Assembly: GCA_038087875.1 (NCBI GenBank)
Contig: CM075997.1
Location: 7,566,001 to 7,630,000 of the forward strand
Length of the DNA stretch: 64,000 nucleotides
Direction of reading: 5' to 3'
Source: Malacoraja senta
Taxonomy: Eukaryota
The notes beneath the pieces are model-generated. The model did not search any database. It was not told where the DNA came from and saw nothing but the letters and a program-made list of their open reading frames with translations. The first letter of the stretch is position 1. Each line of letters starts with the position of its first letter. The position numbers and the translations under genes are program-made. Shown here piece by piece: positions 12,374 through 25,302 of this stretch.

Positions 12374-13014
12374 TTTCTCTCTCCCCATATCCACGCTGGT
12401 AAACACGACAGGTGAAGATGCATTAATTTGTTATTTTCATCTTAATTAACAGTGGTTAAAAATACTAATTGCCTTTCTCCGGCATACAATTGAAATAAAA
12501 TCACATAATGCGGAAAATTAAAGTGCAGCTTCAGATCTGAAAAAGGGGGATAAGTACCTGTGCCATTTGTCCACTGGGGAATATTAGTTCCAGCCGGTGA
12601 ACACTAGCTGTGGTTCTGTTTAAATCTATTTTGTTTATTTTGTAGTGAACAACTTCAGACCAGTCGACAGGTAGATGTGAATTCAAACCCAAAACCAGAC
12701 AGCAAGTCCGGTCTGAGTGTAAATTACCAACTCAACCGCCTAGGCTGTCCACACAGCGGTACAGAGAAAGCTGTATAATGCACCAAAAAACCTTCTTCAT
12801 CACTCTATCTCCCTGTGCCTCCTTTTTCTTGCAACTATGTACTTTTACTGCTAGATCCCTCTACTCCACAGCAATCCCCAGGTACCTACCTTTCACGTTG
12901 AAGATCGTGACCTTGTTTGACTTCCAAAATTAAAACCTCACACTATCTGAAGGAAACATGATTTCCTATTTCTCAGGCCACTTTCCAAGTTGAAAAAGTT
13001 CCTACTTTAATTTA

Positions 13015-13670
13015 AAGAATGAAGGGTAAGCCTCTTAGAACAGAAATTAGGAATAACGTTTTCACACAGAAGTTTGTGAATCTGTGGAACTCTCTGTCTC
13101 AGAAGGCAGTGGAGGCAATTCTCTATATGCTTTCAAGAGAGAGTAGGATAGAGCTCTTAAAGATAATGGAGTCAAGGGATATGTGGTAGAGTCAGGAATG
13201 GGGTACTGAGTATGAATGATCAGCGATTTTCACAGTGAATGGCAGTGCTGGCTTGAAGGGAAGAATGGCCTACTCCTGCACCTATTGTCTATGGACTATT
13301 GTCTATCAATTGATAACTAATTTCACTACCTGTGATACCACCTACTTTAGTATCAACTACAAAATTAAAAATGAGTCCTTGTACATTCTCATGCAACTCA
13401 TTGATATAGATGACAAACAACAATGAGCCCAGCACCAATTCCTGAGACACACAACCATTCCTTGCCCAATGAACAGAATTGTACCATATGCATATTTACC
13501 ACTATCTACTGCTGTTATTACATTCAGGGAGCTATGGACTTGGATCCCAGGATATCTTTATCCATCAGTGATGTTATGGTTCATGCCATTAATTGTATAT
13601 TTTGCACCTACATTTGACCTCCAAAAGTGCAACATCTCACACTTGCTCAGAATAAAGTCCATCTGCTAAT
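13015..13670. mobile_element. Old CR1 fragments (+ at 13015-13310, - at 13310-13670)
   Basis: CR1 3' UTR motif GAATGGCCTACTCCTGCACCTA and degenerate RT sequence. Confidence 0.7.
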
Positions 13671-13894
13671 CCCCCCACCCTCCGCTCCCAGTTCAGAACA
13701 TGATTTAAATGCCACTGTATACTGAGACAGCCTCCCTCGCATTCCACAACCCCAGTAAACAAATACCTCTGTTCTGTCTGCACTAAGGAAGACCACACAA
13801 TCTCCCAGAAAAAAACTAGGGGACCGAGGATCTAGTGGGAGGGATAAACTGAAGGAGATCCACATTAGTGTACAGGGCATTGTAGACTGACATC

Positions 13895-14720
13895 GGTAAT
13901 GGGGAAGATGCTTGAGTCGATTATTAAAGATGTAATAGCGGCGCATTTGGAAAGCAGTGACAGGATTGGTCAAAGAGAGCATGGATTTACGAAGGGGAAA
14001 TTATGCTTGACTAATCATCTGGTAATTTTTGAGGATGTAACAAGTAGAATGGATAAGCGGGAGCTAGTGGATGTGGTGTATCTGGACTTTCCAAAATCCT
14101 TTGAAAAGGTCCCACACAAGAGATTAGTGTTCATAATTAGTACACTTGGTATTGGGGATAGTGAATTAACAAGATTCACGATGGATGTTGCCAGGAATAG
14201 GGGGCCTCAACTAGACGGAGAGATTCATCAGGCTAATACTTTGTTCCTTGGTGCGCAGGAGGTTGAGGAATGATCTTTTAATATTGACCGAAGTCATGAG
14301 AGAAATAGATCAAGTAGATGCCCAGTGTAGGGGCGGTTAAGGAAAACGCGTTGACGTCGTGGCCCTGTTTTCACCAATATATCCACCACCACACACAAGA
14401 AGCACAAGAAGCACAAGAAGCGCAAGACAGACAAGATTGCATGCAGATGCCGAGGAGTGTGTTCAGCTCTGACTGAACACCTAATCTTGTGTATGGACTC
14501 GAAGACGAAGAAGACAGTGAAGGGGAATCAAGAACCAGGGGACATAGATTTAAGATGAGGGGGAGGGGGGTTGATTCGGAACCTGAAGGGTAACCTTTTC
14601 ACACAAAGGGTGGTGGATGTGTGGAACGAGCTGACAGAGGAGGACGTTGAGGCCTGAACTAGCACAACACCCAACGCCGGTGTGGGAACGTTGGGCGTTG
14701 TACGATTTTATGACTCTATA
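13895..14720 (+). mobile_element. CR1 fragments, interrupted by a 191-bp LTR-like insert
   Basis: GKMLESIIKD...HGFTKGKLCLTN...VDVVYLDF motif. 3' end with GACTCTAT at ~14715. Confidence 0.8.
14326..14516. mobile_element. Candidate solo LTR
   Basis: TGT...ACA-bounded non-CR1 block inside a CR1, with an internal (CACAAGAAG)x3. No clean TSD at these boundaries. Confidence 0.45.
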
Positions 14721-14989
14721 ACTGGAGGTTGTTTACACAATAAGCACGTTAAGGTATTCCTCACTTGTCCATGGATCTCTATCCTGGGGTTAGAGAACAG
14801 ATTCACATCAAGACACACCCAGTGAAACACATTTTTTGCATTCAATTCTTGGTACAGCAAACATGTCCATTCATCTACAGTGGGCAGCATGAGGCAAAAG
14901 TTGTCATTGGTTTCACTGGTGAAAATGTATCTGAGCAGTGTGCGACGGAACTGGGAACAGGTTGTTACGTGAGATGTCCTGGGAATTGT

Positions 14990-16500
14990 TGTGGACCAAC
15001 GGTGAATTAACTGTAGAGCAGAGGGATCTAGGATGACAGGTACACATTGAGTTGAAAGTACATCACAGGGAGAAAAGTTGGACATAAACCCTTTTGGCGC
15101 ATTGGGCTTCATCGGTCAGAGCATTGAGTATAGAAGCTGGGAGGTCATGTTACAGTTGTATAAGACGTTGGTGAGGCCCCATTGTTCCTCCGGCAGCTTG
15201 TTCCATACATCCACCATCCATTGTGTGAAGAAGTTACCCCTCAGAGCCCTATTTAATATTTTCTCCTTCACCTTAAACATATGTCCTCCGGACCTCGATT
15301 CGCCTACTCAGCGCAAAAGACTCTATGTATCTACCCGATCTTTTCTTCATGATCGTATACACCTCTGTAAGATCACCCATCATCCTCCTGCGCTCCAAAG
15401 AGATCAATCCCACCCAATCGAATCTGTCTTCTAACTAACGATGTCCATTCCAGATAACATCCTGGTGAATCTGTTCCGCACTGCCTCTGGGAATAGGACA
15501 TCATTTCTATAATATGGTGACCAGAATTATACAAAAGGGGCTCGTAGACTTGTGAAGTGCAACTGAGGAGAGCGCTGCAATTGGATGAGCAGTTCAATCT
15601 TGATTTTTTTTGTATTTGGATGTTCAACTGTAGTGCAAGTGTGTTCAGAATCAGACGCAGATGGGAAGTGAAACCATCAGTGGGCTCAGAGGTGTCAGTA
15701 CCTATGAGATGGAACTGAGGCAAAAAGTGAATAAACACTAGAGCGGAGGGAGCATCAGTCTGAAGAAGGGTCTTGTCCCAAAACGTCACCCATTCCTTCT
15801 CTCCTTAGATGCTGCCTGTCCCGCTGAGTTACTGCTGCATTTATGACTATCTTTGAAATCTACGACAACGGTGCATAGTGGGTTGAATGTAGCATCACAG
15901 GTAGATAGGGTGGTCAAAAAGGTGATTGGCACCGCCCTTCATCGGTCAGAGCATTGAGCAAAGAAGTTGGGAGGTAATGTTGCAGTTGTATCAGACGTTG
16001 GTGATGCACCATTTGGAGTATTGTGTTCAGTTTTGGGCACTTTGGGGAAATGGTGTCAATATGGAAAGGGCATAAAGAAGATGTGTGCGGATGTTGCCTG
16101 GACTGGAGGTCGTCATCTAGAGGGAGAGATTCAGCTGGATCGTACTTTATTCCTTGGTGCGCAGAAGGTTGAGGGATGATCTTTGAGGTGACCAAAATCC
16201 TGAGAGTAATAGATCGGGTAGACGCACAGAGTTGGGGAATCAAGAACCAGGGACATTGGTTCAAGATGAGGGGGGAAGATTGAATAGGAGACTGAGCAGT
16301 AACTTTTTCACACCAAGTGCAGTGGGTGTGTAGAACGAGCTGCCAAAGGACGTAGTTGAGGCCGGTACTATCGCAAAGTTTAAGGAACATGTAGGTAGGT
16401 ACATTGATTGGCAATATTTTGAAGACTATGGGCCGATGGCAGGCAGGTTTGGGTAAGTTGGGCCAACGAGCCCGCTTCCACCTTGTAAGACTACGACTAT
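14990..16500. mobile_element. Mosaic of CR1 fragments on both strands plus a Penelope-type short repeat at ~15755-15850
   Basis: IEYRSWEVMLQLYKTLVRPH motif, CR1 3' regions, and a CTGAAGAAGGG...AAACGTC motif at 15760-15788. Confidence 0.75.
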
Positions 16501-16589
16501 AACTAGAGGTTGAGTGCACAATTAGCGTGGTAAGATATTTCTCACTTCACCATGGATCTTTGTGCTGGGAGCGGTGAACAGATTCACAT

Positions 16590-17331
16590 GTGAATGGTGG
16601 CTGATTAGGAAAAGGGGAGATGCAACGAGACATGGGTGCCATGGTACACCAGTCATTGAAAGTAGGCATGCAGCTGTAGCAGGCAGTGAAGAAAGCGAAT
16701 GGTATATTATAATTCATAGCAAAAGGATTTGAGTATAGGAGCAGGGAGGTTACACTGCAGTTGTCCAGGGCCTTGGTGAGACCACACATGGAGTGTTGCG
16801 TACAGTTTTGGTCTCCTAATCTGAGGAAATACATTCTTGCCAAAGAGGGAGTACAGATACGGTTCACCAGACTGATTCCTGGGATGGAAGGACTATCATA
16901 TGAAGAAAGACTGGATAGACTCGGCTTGTACTCGCTAGAATTTAGAAGATTGAGGGGGGATCTTATAGAAACTTACACAATTCTAGATGCAGGAAGATTG
17001 TTCCCGATGTTAGGGAAGTCCAGAACAAGGGATCACTGTTTAAGGATAAGGGGGAAGACTTTTAGGACCGAGATGTGAAAAAAATGTCACACAGAGGGTG
17101 GTGAATCTGTGGAATTCTCTGCCACAGAAACTAGTTGAGGCCAGTTCATTGGCTATATTTAAGATGGAGTTAGATGTGGCCCCTGTGGCTAAAGCGATCA
17201 GGGGGTATGGAGAGAAGATAGGTACAGGATACTGAGTTGGATGATCAGCCATTATCATATTGAATGGCTGTGCAGGCTCCAAGGGCCGAATGGCCAACTC
17301 CTGCACCTATTTTCTATGTTGCACTGTTTCT
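16590..17331 (+). mobile_element. CR1 (HER1-like) LINE, 5'-truncated
   Basis: ALVRPHMECCVQFWSP...LYSLEFRRLRGDLIE motif and a TTTCTATG tail. The empty site is visible in copy A at 86/87. Confidence 0.92.
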
Positions 17332-17789
17332 AAGACAAATCAGGTTAATCAAAATGTTTAACGTGATGAGTACAGCAGATCTGTCCAATGGTTAACCATG
17401 GATAGGTAACGAGCAAACATTTCCAATCATCTGCAGCGGCTCAGCACGACGGAAATGTTGTCAATGGTGTCACTGGTGAATATATATCTGAGCAGTGTGC
17501 GCCGGAATTGGGTAACTGGTTGTTATGTGAGATGTCCTGGGAATGGATGATTCAAAGTAATTACCTGTGTGTGACGTCAGTGTAGACAGAGATGGGTCTG
17601 ATTAAGCTGTGACATTATCAGTAATTAATCTCATCTGTAAGAGCTCTCACTGCATCTTGCTATTCTACCAACGTTGGCGGGTGCAGAGATATATATTTGT
17701 TATTTTCATATTATTAGGCAGTGGTTAAAATAAGTGAATAACATTCTGCGGCATAAGATTGAAAGAATAACACATAATGTATCAATGCA

Positions 17790-18315
17790 AACATTCCTCA
17801 CTCTCTCTCTCCCCCTCCTCCCATTCTCACCCCCTGTACTCCCCCCCCCTCTCTCCCTCACTTCTCCGACGCTCTAACTACGCACCTCCTCCCCTCTCTC
17901 CACAATCCACCCCACTCTCTCCTCGCACTCCCCTCTGTCTTGCCGCACTCTTCCAATCTCTCTCCCCACACACCTCCCCTCTCTCGCCGCACCCTATCTT
18001 ACCCCACTCTCCTCCCAATCTCCTTCCCCACACTCCTTCTTTCTCCCCACACACTCTCCTCTCCTCCCATTCTCTCCATCCGCACTCCTCCCCCTCTCTC
18101 TCCCCACACACGTCCTCCCTCTCTGCCCACACACGTCAGCCTCTGCCCACACACGTCACCCCTCTGCCCAATCACCTACCCCTCTCTCTCCCCACACTCC
18201 CCCTCTCTCTCCCCATACTCCACCGCCCTCTTTCTCCCCTTCCTCCCATTCCCACAACACTCCCCCTCCCTCTCCCCACACACCCCCCCCCCTCTCCCCA
18301 TGCCTCCCTCTCTTT
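17790..18315. repeat. C/T-rich low-complexity tract (paralog of 530-1050)
   Basis: Same repeat units and same flanks as 530-1050. Confidence 0.9.
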
Positions 18316-18329
18316 GACTTTAGGTCTAA

Positions 18330-19216
18330 AGTAATAGGAGTTGTATTGGCCATTCGGCCTATCTAGAATACACCCCCATTCACTCATGGCTGATCTATCT
18401 CTCCCTCCTAACCACATTCTCCTGCCGTCTCCCCATAACCTCTGACACCTGTACTAATCAAAATGTATCCAGTTATATGTTAAAAATATCCACTGACTGG
18501 GCCTCCACAGCCTTCAGTGGCATATAATTCAACAGATTCACCACCCTCTGAGTAAATAAATGTCTCCTCATCTCCTTTCTAAAACAACGTCCATTAATTC
18601 TGAGGCCATGACCAACAGCCCTAGACTCTCCCACTAATGGAAACATCCTCTCTACATCCACTCTATCCAAGCCTTTCACTATTCTGTATGTTTCAATGAG
18701 GACTCCTCATTCTTCTAAACTCCAGCGAGTTCAGGCCCAGTGCCGACAAACGCTCATCATAGGTTAACATACTCATTCCTGGGATCATTCCAGTAAACCT
18801 CCTGTGGACCCTCCCCAGAGCCAACACATCCTTCCTCACATCTGGTGCCCAAAATTGCTTACAATGTTCCAAATATGGCCTTATCAGTGCCATAGAGAGC
18901 CTCAATATTACATCCCAGTTTTTGTTTCCAAGCCCCCTTGAAATAAATGCTGGCAATGAGTTTGCTTTCTTTACTACCGGTTCCATTTGCAAATTAACTA
19001 TTTGGGAATACTGCATCAACACTCCCTCATCCATTTGCACCTCCGACTTCTGGAATCTCTCCCCATTTAAAACATAGCCTATGTCTTAATTCCTACTACC
19101 ACACTTTGCTGCACTATATTCCATCTGCCACTACTCTGCTCACTCTCCGAACCTATCCAAGTCCTTATGCACAGTCCATGCTTTCTCTACACTCCCTGCC
19201 CTTCCACCTATTTCCT
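18330..19216 (-). mobile_element. CR1 fragment (uninterrupted paralog of 1063-1759 plus 10373-10577)
   Basis: ORFs 18473..18679 and 18693..19040 encode the CR1 ORF2 C-terminus. Confidence 0.85.
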
Positions 19217-19217
19217 T

Positions 19218-21480
19218 ATAGAAACATAGAAAATAGGTGCAGGAGGGTGCCATTCGGCCCTTCGAGCCAGCACCGCCATTCAGTGCGATCATGGCTGATC
19301 GTCCCCAATCAATAACCCGTGCCTGCCTTTTCCCCATATCCCTTGATTCCACTAGCCCCCAGAGCTCTATCTAAGTCTCTCTTAAATCCATCCATTGATT
19401 TGGCCCCCACTGCCCTCTCCTCTGTGGCAGTGAATTCCACAAATTCACAACTCTCTGGGTGAAAACGTTTTTTCTCACCTCAGTCTCAAACGGCCTCCCC
19501 TTTATTCTATAACTGTGGCCCCTGGGTCTGGACTCGCCCAACATTAGGAACATTTCCCTGCATCTAGCTTGTCCAGTCCTTTTATAATTTAATAGGTTTC
19601 TCTAAGATCCCCCCTCATCCTTCTAAACTCCAGTGAATACAAGTCCAGTCTTTTCCATATTTCCTCATGTGACAGTCCCGCCTTCCCATGGATCAATCTC
19701 ATGAACCTACGCTACTCTTCCTCAATCAAAAGGATGTCCTTCCTCAAATTAGGAGACCAAAACTGTACGCAATTCTCCAGATGTGGTCTTACCAGAGCCC
19801 TCCTATACAACTGCAGAAGAACCTCTCTCCTCCTATACTGAACTCCTCTTGTTATGAAGGCCAACATTCCATTAGCTTTCTCCAATAGCTGCTGTACCTG
19901 TAAGACAACTTTCAGTGACCGGTGTACAAGGACACCCAGGTCTGGCTGTACCTCCCGCTTCCCTAAACTAACCCCATTGAGATAATAATCTGCCCCCTTG
20001 TTTTGCCACCAAAGTGGATAACCTCACATTTATCTATATTATACTGCATCTGCCATGCATCTGCCCACTCACTCAACCTTTCCAGGTCACCCTGCAACCT
20101 CCTACCATCCTCTTCACAGTGCATACTGCCATGCAGCTTTGTGTCATCCGCAAACTTGCTAATGTTGCTCCTAATTCCCTCTCTCCAACTCATTAATATA
20201 TATGGTAAACGGTTGCGTCCCCAACACCGAGCCTTGCGGCACTCCACTCGGCACTGCCTGCCAATTTGAAAATGACACGTTCACTCCTACTCTTTGCTTC
20301 ATATCTGCCAACCAATTTTCTATCCACGTCAACACACTACCCCTAATACCATTTGCTCCAATTTTAGTCACCAGTCTCCCGTGCGGGATCTTATCAAAGG
20401 CTTTCTGAAAGTCTAGATACACTACATCCACTGGCTCCCCTTCATCCATTTTACTTGTCACATCCTCAAAAAATTCCAGAAGATTAGTCAAGCATGAGTT
20501 CCCTTTCAAAAATCCATGCTGACTTGGACTAATCCTTCTACCGCTATCCAAATGCCCCATTATTATCTCTTTAATAATTGACTCCAGCATCTTTCCCACC
20601 ACCGAAGTCAGGCTAACTGGTCTGTAATTCCCCGTTTTCTCTCTCGCTCCTTTCTTGAAAAGTGGGATAACATTAGCTATCCTCCAATCCACAGTAACTG
20701 ATCCTGAATCTATTGAACATTGGAAAATGATCACCAATGCGTCCACTATTTCTAGAGTTTCTCCCTGAGGACCCTGAGATGCAGTCCATCAAGCCCCGGG
20801 TATTTTTCATCCTTCAGTCCCATTAGCCGACTCAATACTATTTATCGCCTAATGAAAATGTATTTCAGGACCTCGAACCCCTTAGATCCTCTGTCCTCCG
20901 GTACACCTGGGACATTGTTTGTGTCTTCCTTAGTCAAGACAGATCCGAATGACCTTTTCAACTCTTCTGCCATTTCCTTGTTCCCCATAATAATTTCACC
21001 CGTGTCTGCCTTCAAGGGACCCATATTTGACTTTGCTACTCTTTTTACCTTAACATATCTAAATAAGTTTTTATTGTCCTTTATATTCCTGGCCAGCTTC
21101 CCTTCGTACTTCATCTTTTCAGTCCTTATTGCCCGTTTTGTTTCATTCTGTTGACCTATGAAAGTTTTCCAATCCTCTGGCTTCGGGCTGCTCTTTGCTG
21201 TGTTATACATCTTTTGATTTAGTTTTATTCTATCCCTAACTTCTCCTGTCAGCCACGGTTGCCTCCTACTCTCCTTAGAATATTTCTTCCTTTTTGGAAT
21301 GAAATAATCCTGCGTCTTCCGGATTATGCCCAGAATTTCCTGCCATTGCTGTTCAACCGTCAGTCCTTACTAGCATCCCTTTCCAGTCTACCCTGGCCAG
21401 CTCCGCTCTCATGCCTTCATAATCCCCTTTGTTCAACTGCATCACTGACACTTCCGATTTAACCTTCTCCTTCTCAAATT
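19218..21480 (-). mobile_element. CR1 LINE, ~2.3 kb, 5'-truncated and decayed
   Basis: NYRPVSLTSVVGK, YLDFQKAFDK, SGVPQGSVLG and KFADDTKL motifs. (TTTCTATG)n tail at ~19218. Confidence 0.93.
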
Positions 21481-22740
21481 ATCATAGATTCATAGAGTCA
21501 TAGTGATACAGTGTTGAAACAGGCCCTTCGGCCCAACTTGCCCACAGTGCCAACATGTCTCAGCTACACGTCCCATCAGCCTGCAATTGGTCCATATCCC
21601 TCAAAACCTGTCCTATCCATGTAGCTGTCTAATTGTTCCTTAAACATTGGGATAGTCCCAGCCTCAACTCCCTCATCTGGCAGCTTGTTCCATACACCCA
21701 CCACCCTTAGTGTGAAACATTTACACCTCAGACTCCTATAAAATCTTTTCCCCTTCACCATGAACCTGTGTCCTCTGGTACTCAATTCCCCGACTCTGGG
21801 CAGGAGACTGAGCAACTACCCGATCTATACCTGTCATGATTTTGGATACCTCTATAAGATCCCCCTCATTCTCCTGTGCTCCAAGTAATACAGACCCAGC
21901 CTACTCAATCTCTTCCATAGCTCACAGCCTCTAGTCTTGGCAACATCCTCGTAAATATTATCTGAAGGCTTTCAAGCTTGACAATATCTTTCCAATAACA
22001 TGTTGCCCAGAATTGAACACAATTTCCAAATAAGGTCTCACCAACGTCTTATACAACTGCAACATGACCTCCTAACTTATAAACTCTATATTCTGAATGT
22101 TGAAGGCCAAAGTGCCAAAAGCTTTTTTGACCAACTTATCTGCCTGCGACTCGATCTTCAAGGAACCATTCACCTGTACTGCTGGATTCCTCTACTCTGT
22201 AACACTCCCCAGAGGCCTACCATTCACTGTGTAGGTTCGGCCCTTATTAAACATCCGAGAATGCAACACATCACACTTCTCTATATTAAATTGCATCAAC
22301 CATTCCTCAGCCCACCTGGTCAATCGATCCAGATCCTGCTGCAAACATTCACAGCCATCTTCACTATCTGCATAACCACCCATTTCTGTATCATCAGCAA
22401 ACTTCTGTATCATCAGCAAACTTGCAAATCTTGCCCTGTATGTTCTCATCCAAATCAGCGATGTAGATGACAAACAGTAACGGGCCCAGCACTGAACCCT
22501 GAAGCACACCACTAGTCACAGGCCACCAGTACGAGAAGCAACCTTACATCATCGCCCTCTGCTTCCATCTATGGAGCAAATTTGCTGCCCGCAAACGTGG
22601 CCACAAAGCCTTCAATCCCCTTGTCCAAATCATTAATACACAACGTGAAGAGTAGCGGCCCCAACACCGACCCCTGCAGAACTACGCTAGTCACTGGCTG
22701 CTAACCAGAAAACGCCCACCTTATTGCCATTCATTCTCCC
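21481..22740 (-). mobile_element. CR1 fragment(s) (paralog of 10578-11815)
   Basis: KFADDTEMGG...LQQDLDRL and TRGHRFMVKG motifs. Confidence 0.85.
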
Positions 22741-23660
22741 CGCAGGTCACTCCCTCACTCCACACTGCTCCACTCTGCCACCCAACACTCCTTCATCTCT
22801 CCCCCCACTTCTCTTCCTCCTCTTCCTCTCTCCCATCCACAAGCCCTTCCTCTCTCCGATCCTCAAGCCCTTCCTCTCCCCACTCCTCCCTACTCCACCC
22901 CCTCTCTACCCCCACACATCCCCCTCGCTCTCACACACTGCTCCCTCACTCTCTTCCCCCCAACACAGACCATATCTCTCCCCAACCCACCTTTCTCTCT
23001 CCCCATACAGCCCACTCTCTCTCCCCACTCCTCGTCTCTCTCCCCTCACCACCTCTCTCCCCACTCCCACGGACCTCTCTCTCCCCTCCTCCGACCTACT
23101 GTCTCCCCGCACCACCTCCCCATCTCTCCCCATCGCACAGTTCCCACACACCTCCTGCTCTCCTCACAACATCTCTCATTATTTGCCCACTCCCTCTCTC
23201 CCCGTCATAATGCTCCTCGCCTCCACCTCTCCCATCACGCCGCACTCTCTCCGCACACACCACCTGTCTCTTCCCACACACCACCTGTCGCTCCCCACAG
23301 ACCACCTGTCCCTCCCACTCCTCCCCTCTCTTTCTCCACATTCCTCCCCCTCATTCCCCTCACTCCTTCCCCTCTCTCTCCCCTCCCCTCTCTCCCCCAT
23401 TCCTCCACACACTCTCCACTCCTTCACCTCTCCCTACTCCCCCATGCCCCTCTTTCCCCTGTACCCTTCGCTCCCTATATTCCTCCCCACCCTCTCCCCA
23501 ACTCTCCATCTCCTCCCACTCTCTCCCCACACAATATCCTCTATTTCCCCACATACTTTCCTCACTCTCCCTGCCCTCCTTCTTTCTCTCTCTTCCAATC
23601 CCCCATCCCACATTCCTCCCCCACTCATTACAAACTTTACTCCCACCATCTCACACTCTC

Positions 23661-23754
<94 letters not shown>

Positions 23755-24200
23755 CACACACTTTCTTCTCTTTCCCCAGCCACCTCCTTTCCCTCCGCCA
23801 CTCCTCCCCCTCTATCCCACTTTCCACACAATCCTTCCTCCCTCTCACCCCACACCGCGCATCTCCCCCTCTCTCTCCCACAAACTTCTCTCTCTCCGCA
23901 ATCACCTCCTCTCCGTCTCCCCCACTGCTCCCCTCCATCCCTGCAATCCTCCCTCTCTCTTTCCACACAATCCTTCCTCGCACTCTCTCACACTCCTCCC
24001 TCCCCGTCCTCAAAAAACACCTCTCTCTCCCCCACACTACTCCCGTCATTCTGCACTCACTCCCCTCTCTCTCCCCGCATCCCCCTCTCCCTCCCCATCC
24101 TACCCTCTCTCTCCCCACTACCTCTCTCCCCACACAATGCATTATTTTCTCCTCCCCACACCCCTTATTTCGCACACTCCATCCCCACACTAACCCCCGT
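22740..24200. repeat. C/T-rich low-complexity tract including (TC)n at ~23655-23752
   Basis: Pyrimidine-rich simple sequence. The 489-aa ORF over it is compositional. Confidence 0.9.
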
Positions 24201-24284
24201 TTCATAGAAACATAGAAACATAAAAACTAGGTGCAGGAGTAGGCCATTCGGCCGATCGAGCCTACACCGCCATTCAATATGACC

Positions 24285-24484
24285 NNNNNNNNNNNNNNNN
24301 NNNNNNNNNNNNNNNNNNNNNNNNNNNNNNNNNNNNNNNNNNNNNNNNNNNNNNNNNNNNNNNNNNNNNNNNNNNNNNNNNNNNNNNNNNNNNNNNNNNN
24401 NNNNNNNNNNNNNNNNNNNNNNNNNNNNNNNNNNNNNNNNNNNNNNNNNNNNNNNNNNNNNNNNNNNNNNNNNNNNNNNNNNNN
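24285..24484. other. Assembly gap (200 N)
   Basis: Run of N. A CR1 3' end (24203-24284) runs into it. Confidence 1.
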
Positions 24485-24574
24485 AAACTAAAGACGTAAA
24501 AAAGGAACCCAGTAAGCTGTATAAACTAAATCAGACTTACAGATGGGCTTCAGACAGTGGAGATAAATTCATCG

Positions 24575-25302
24575 TAGATACATAGATACATAGAAAATAG
24601 GTGCAGGAGTAGGCCATTCGGCCCTTCGAGCCTGCACCGCCATTCAATATGATCATGGCTGATCATCCAACTCAGTATCCCGTACCTGCCTTCTCTCCAT
24701 ACCCCCTGATCCCTTTAGCCACAAGGGCCACATCTAACTCCCTCTTAAATATAGCCAATGAACTGGCCTCAACTACCCTCTGTGGCAGAGAGTTCCAGAG
24801 ATTCACCACTCTCTGTGTGAAAATGTTTTTCCTCATCTCGGTCTTAAAGGATTTCCCCCTTATCCTTAAGCTGTGACCCCTTGTCCTGGACTTCCCCAAC
24901 ATCGGGAACAATCTTCCTGCATCTAGCCTGTCCAACCCCATAATAATTTTGTACGTTTCTATAAGATCCCCTCTCAATCTCCTAAATTCTAGCGAGTATA
25001 AGCCAAGTCTATCCAGTCTTTCTTCATATGAAAGTCCTGACATCCCAGGAATCAGTCTGGTGAACCTTCTCTGCACTCCCTCTATGGCTATAATGTCCTT
25101 CCTCAGATTTGGAGACCAAAACTGTACGCAATACTCCAGGTGTGGTCTCACCAAGACCCTGTACAACTGCAGTAGAACCTCCCTGCTCCTATACTCAAAT
25201 CCTCTTGCTATGAAGGCCAACATACCATTCGCTTTCTTCACTGCCTGCTGCACCTGCATGCCTACTTTCAATGACTGGTGTACCATGACACCCAGGTCTC
25301 GC
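24575..25302 (-). mobile_element. Young CR1 (HER1-like) LINE 3' end
   Basis: Uninterrupted 214-aa ORF 24672..25316 matching the CR1 ORF2 C-terminus. Very similar to 34675-35381 and 63673-64000. Confidence 0.93.

Larger units (their letters stand above)
1..12390 (+). repeat. Segmental duplication copy A (paralog of 16505-~23010), interrupted by its own insertion at 1760-10372
   Basis: Collinear matches: 1-86 with 16506-16589, 87-1759 with 17332-19030, 10373-10575 with 19031-19216, and 10576-12033 with 21481-~23000. Confidence 0.9.
16505..23010 (+). repeat. Segmental duplication copy B, with its own CR1 insertions at 16590-17331 and 19218-21480
   Basis: Collinear with 1-12390 once the copy-specific insertions are removed. 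Confidence 0.9.

Noticed and set aside
14664..14702. 13-bp hairpin ACAACACCCAACG...CGTTGGGCGTTGT
   Set aside because: A single short fold-back at a deletion in a decayed CR1, with nothing to support a function.
24279..24491. ORF of X residues
   Set aside because: It spans the assembly gap.
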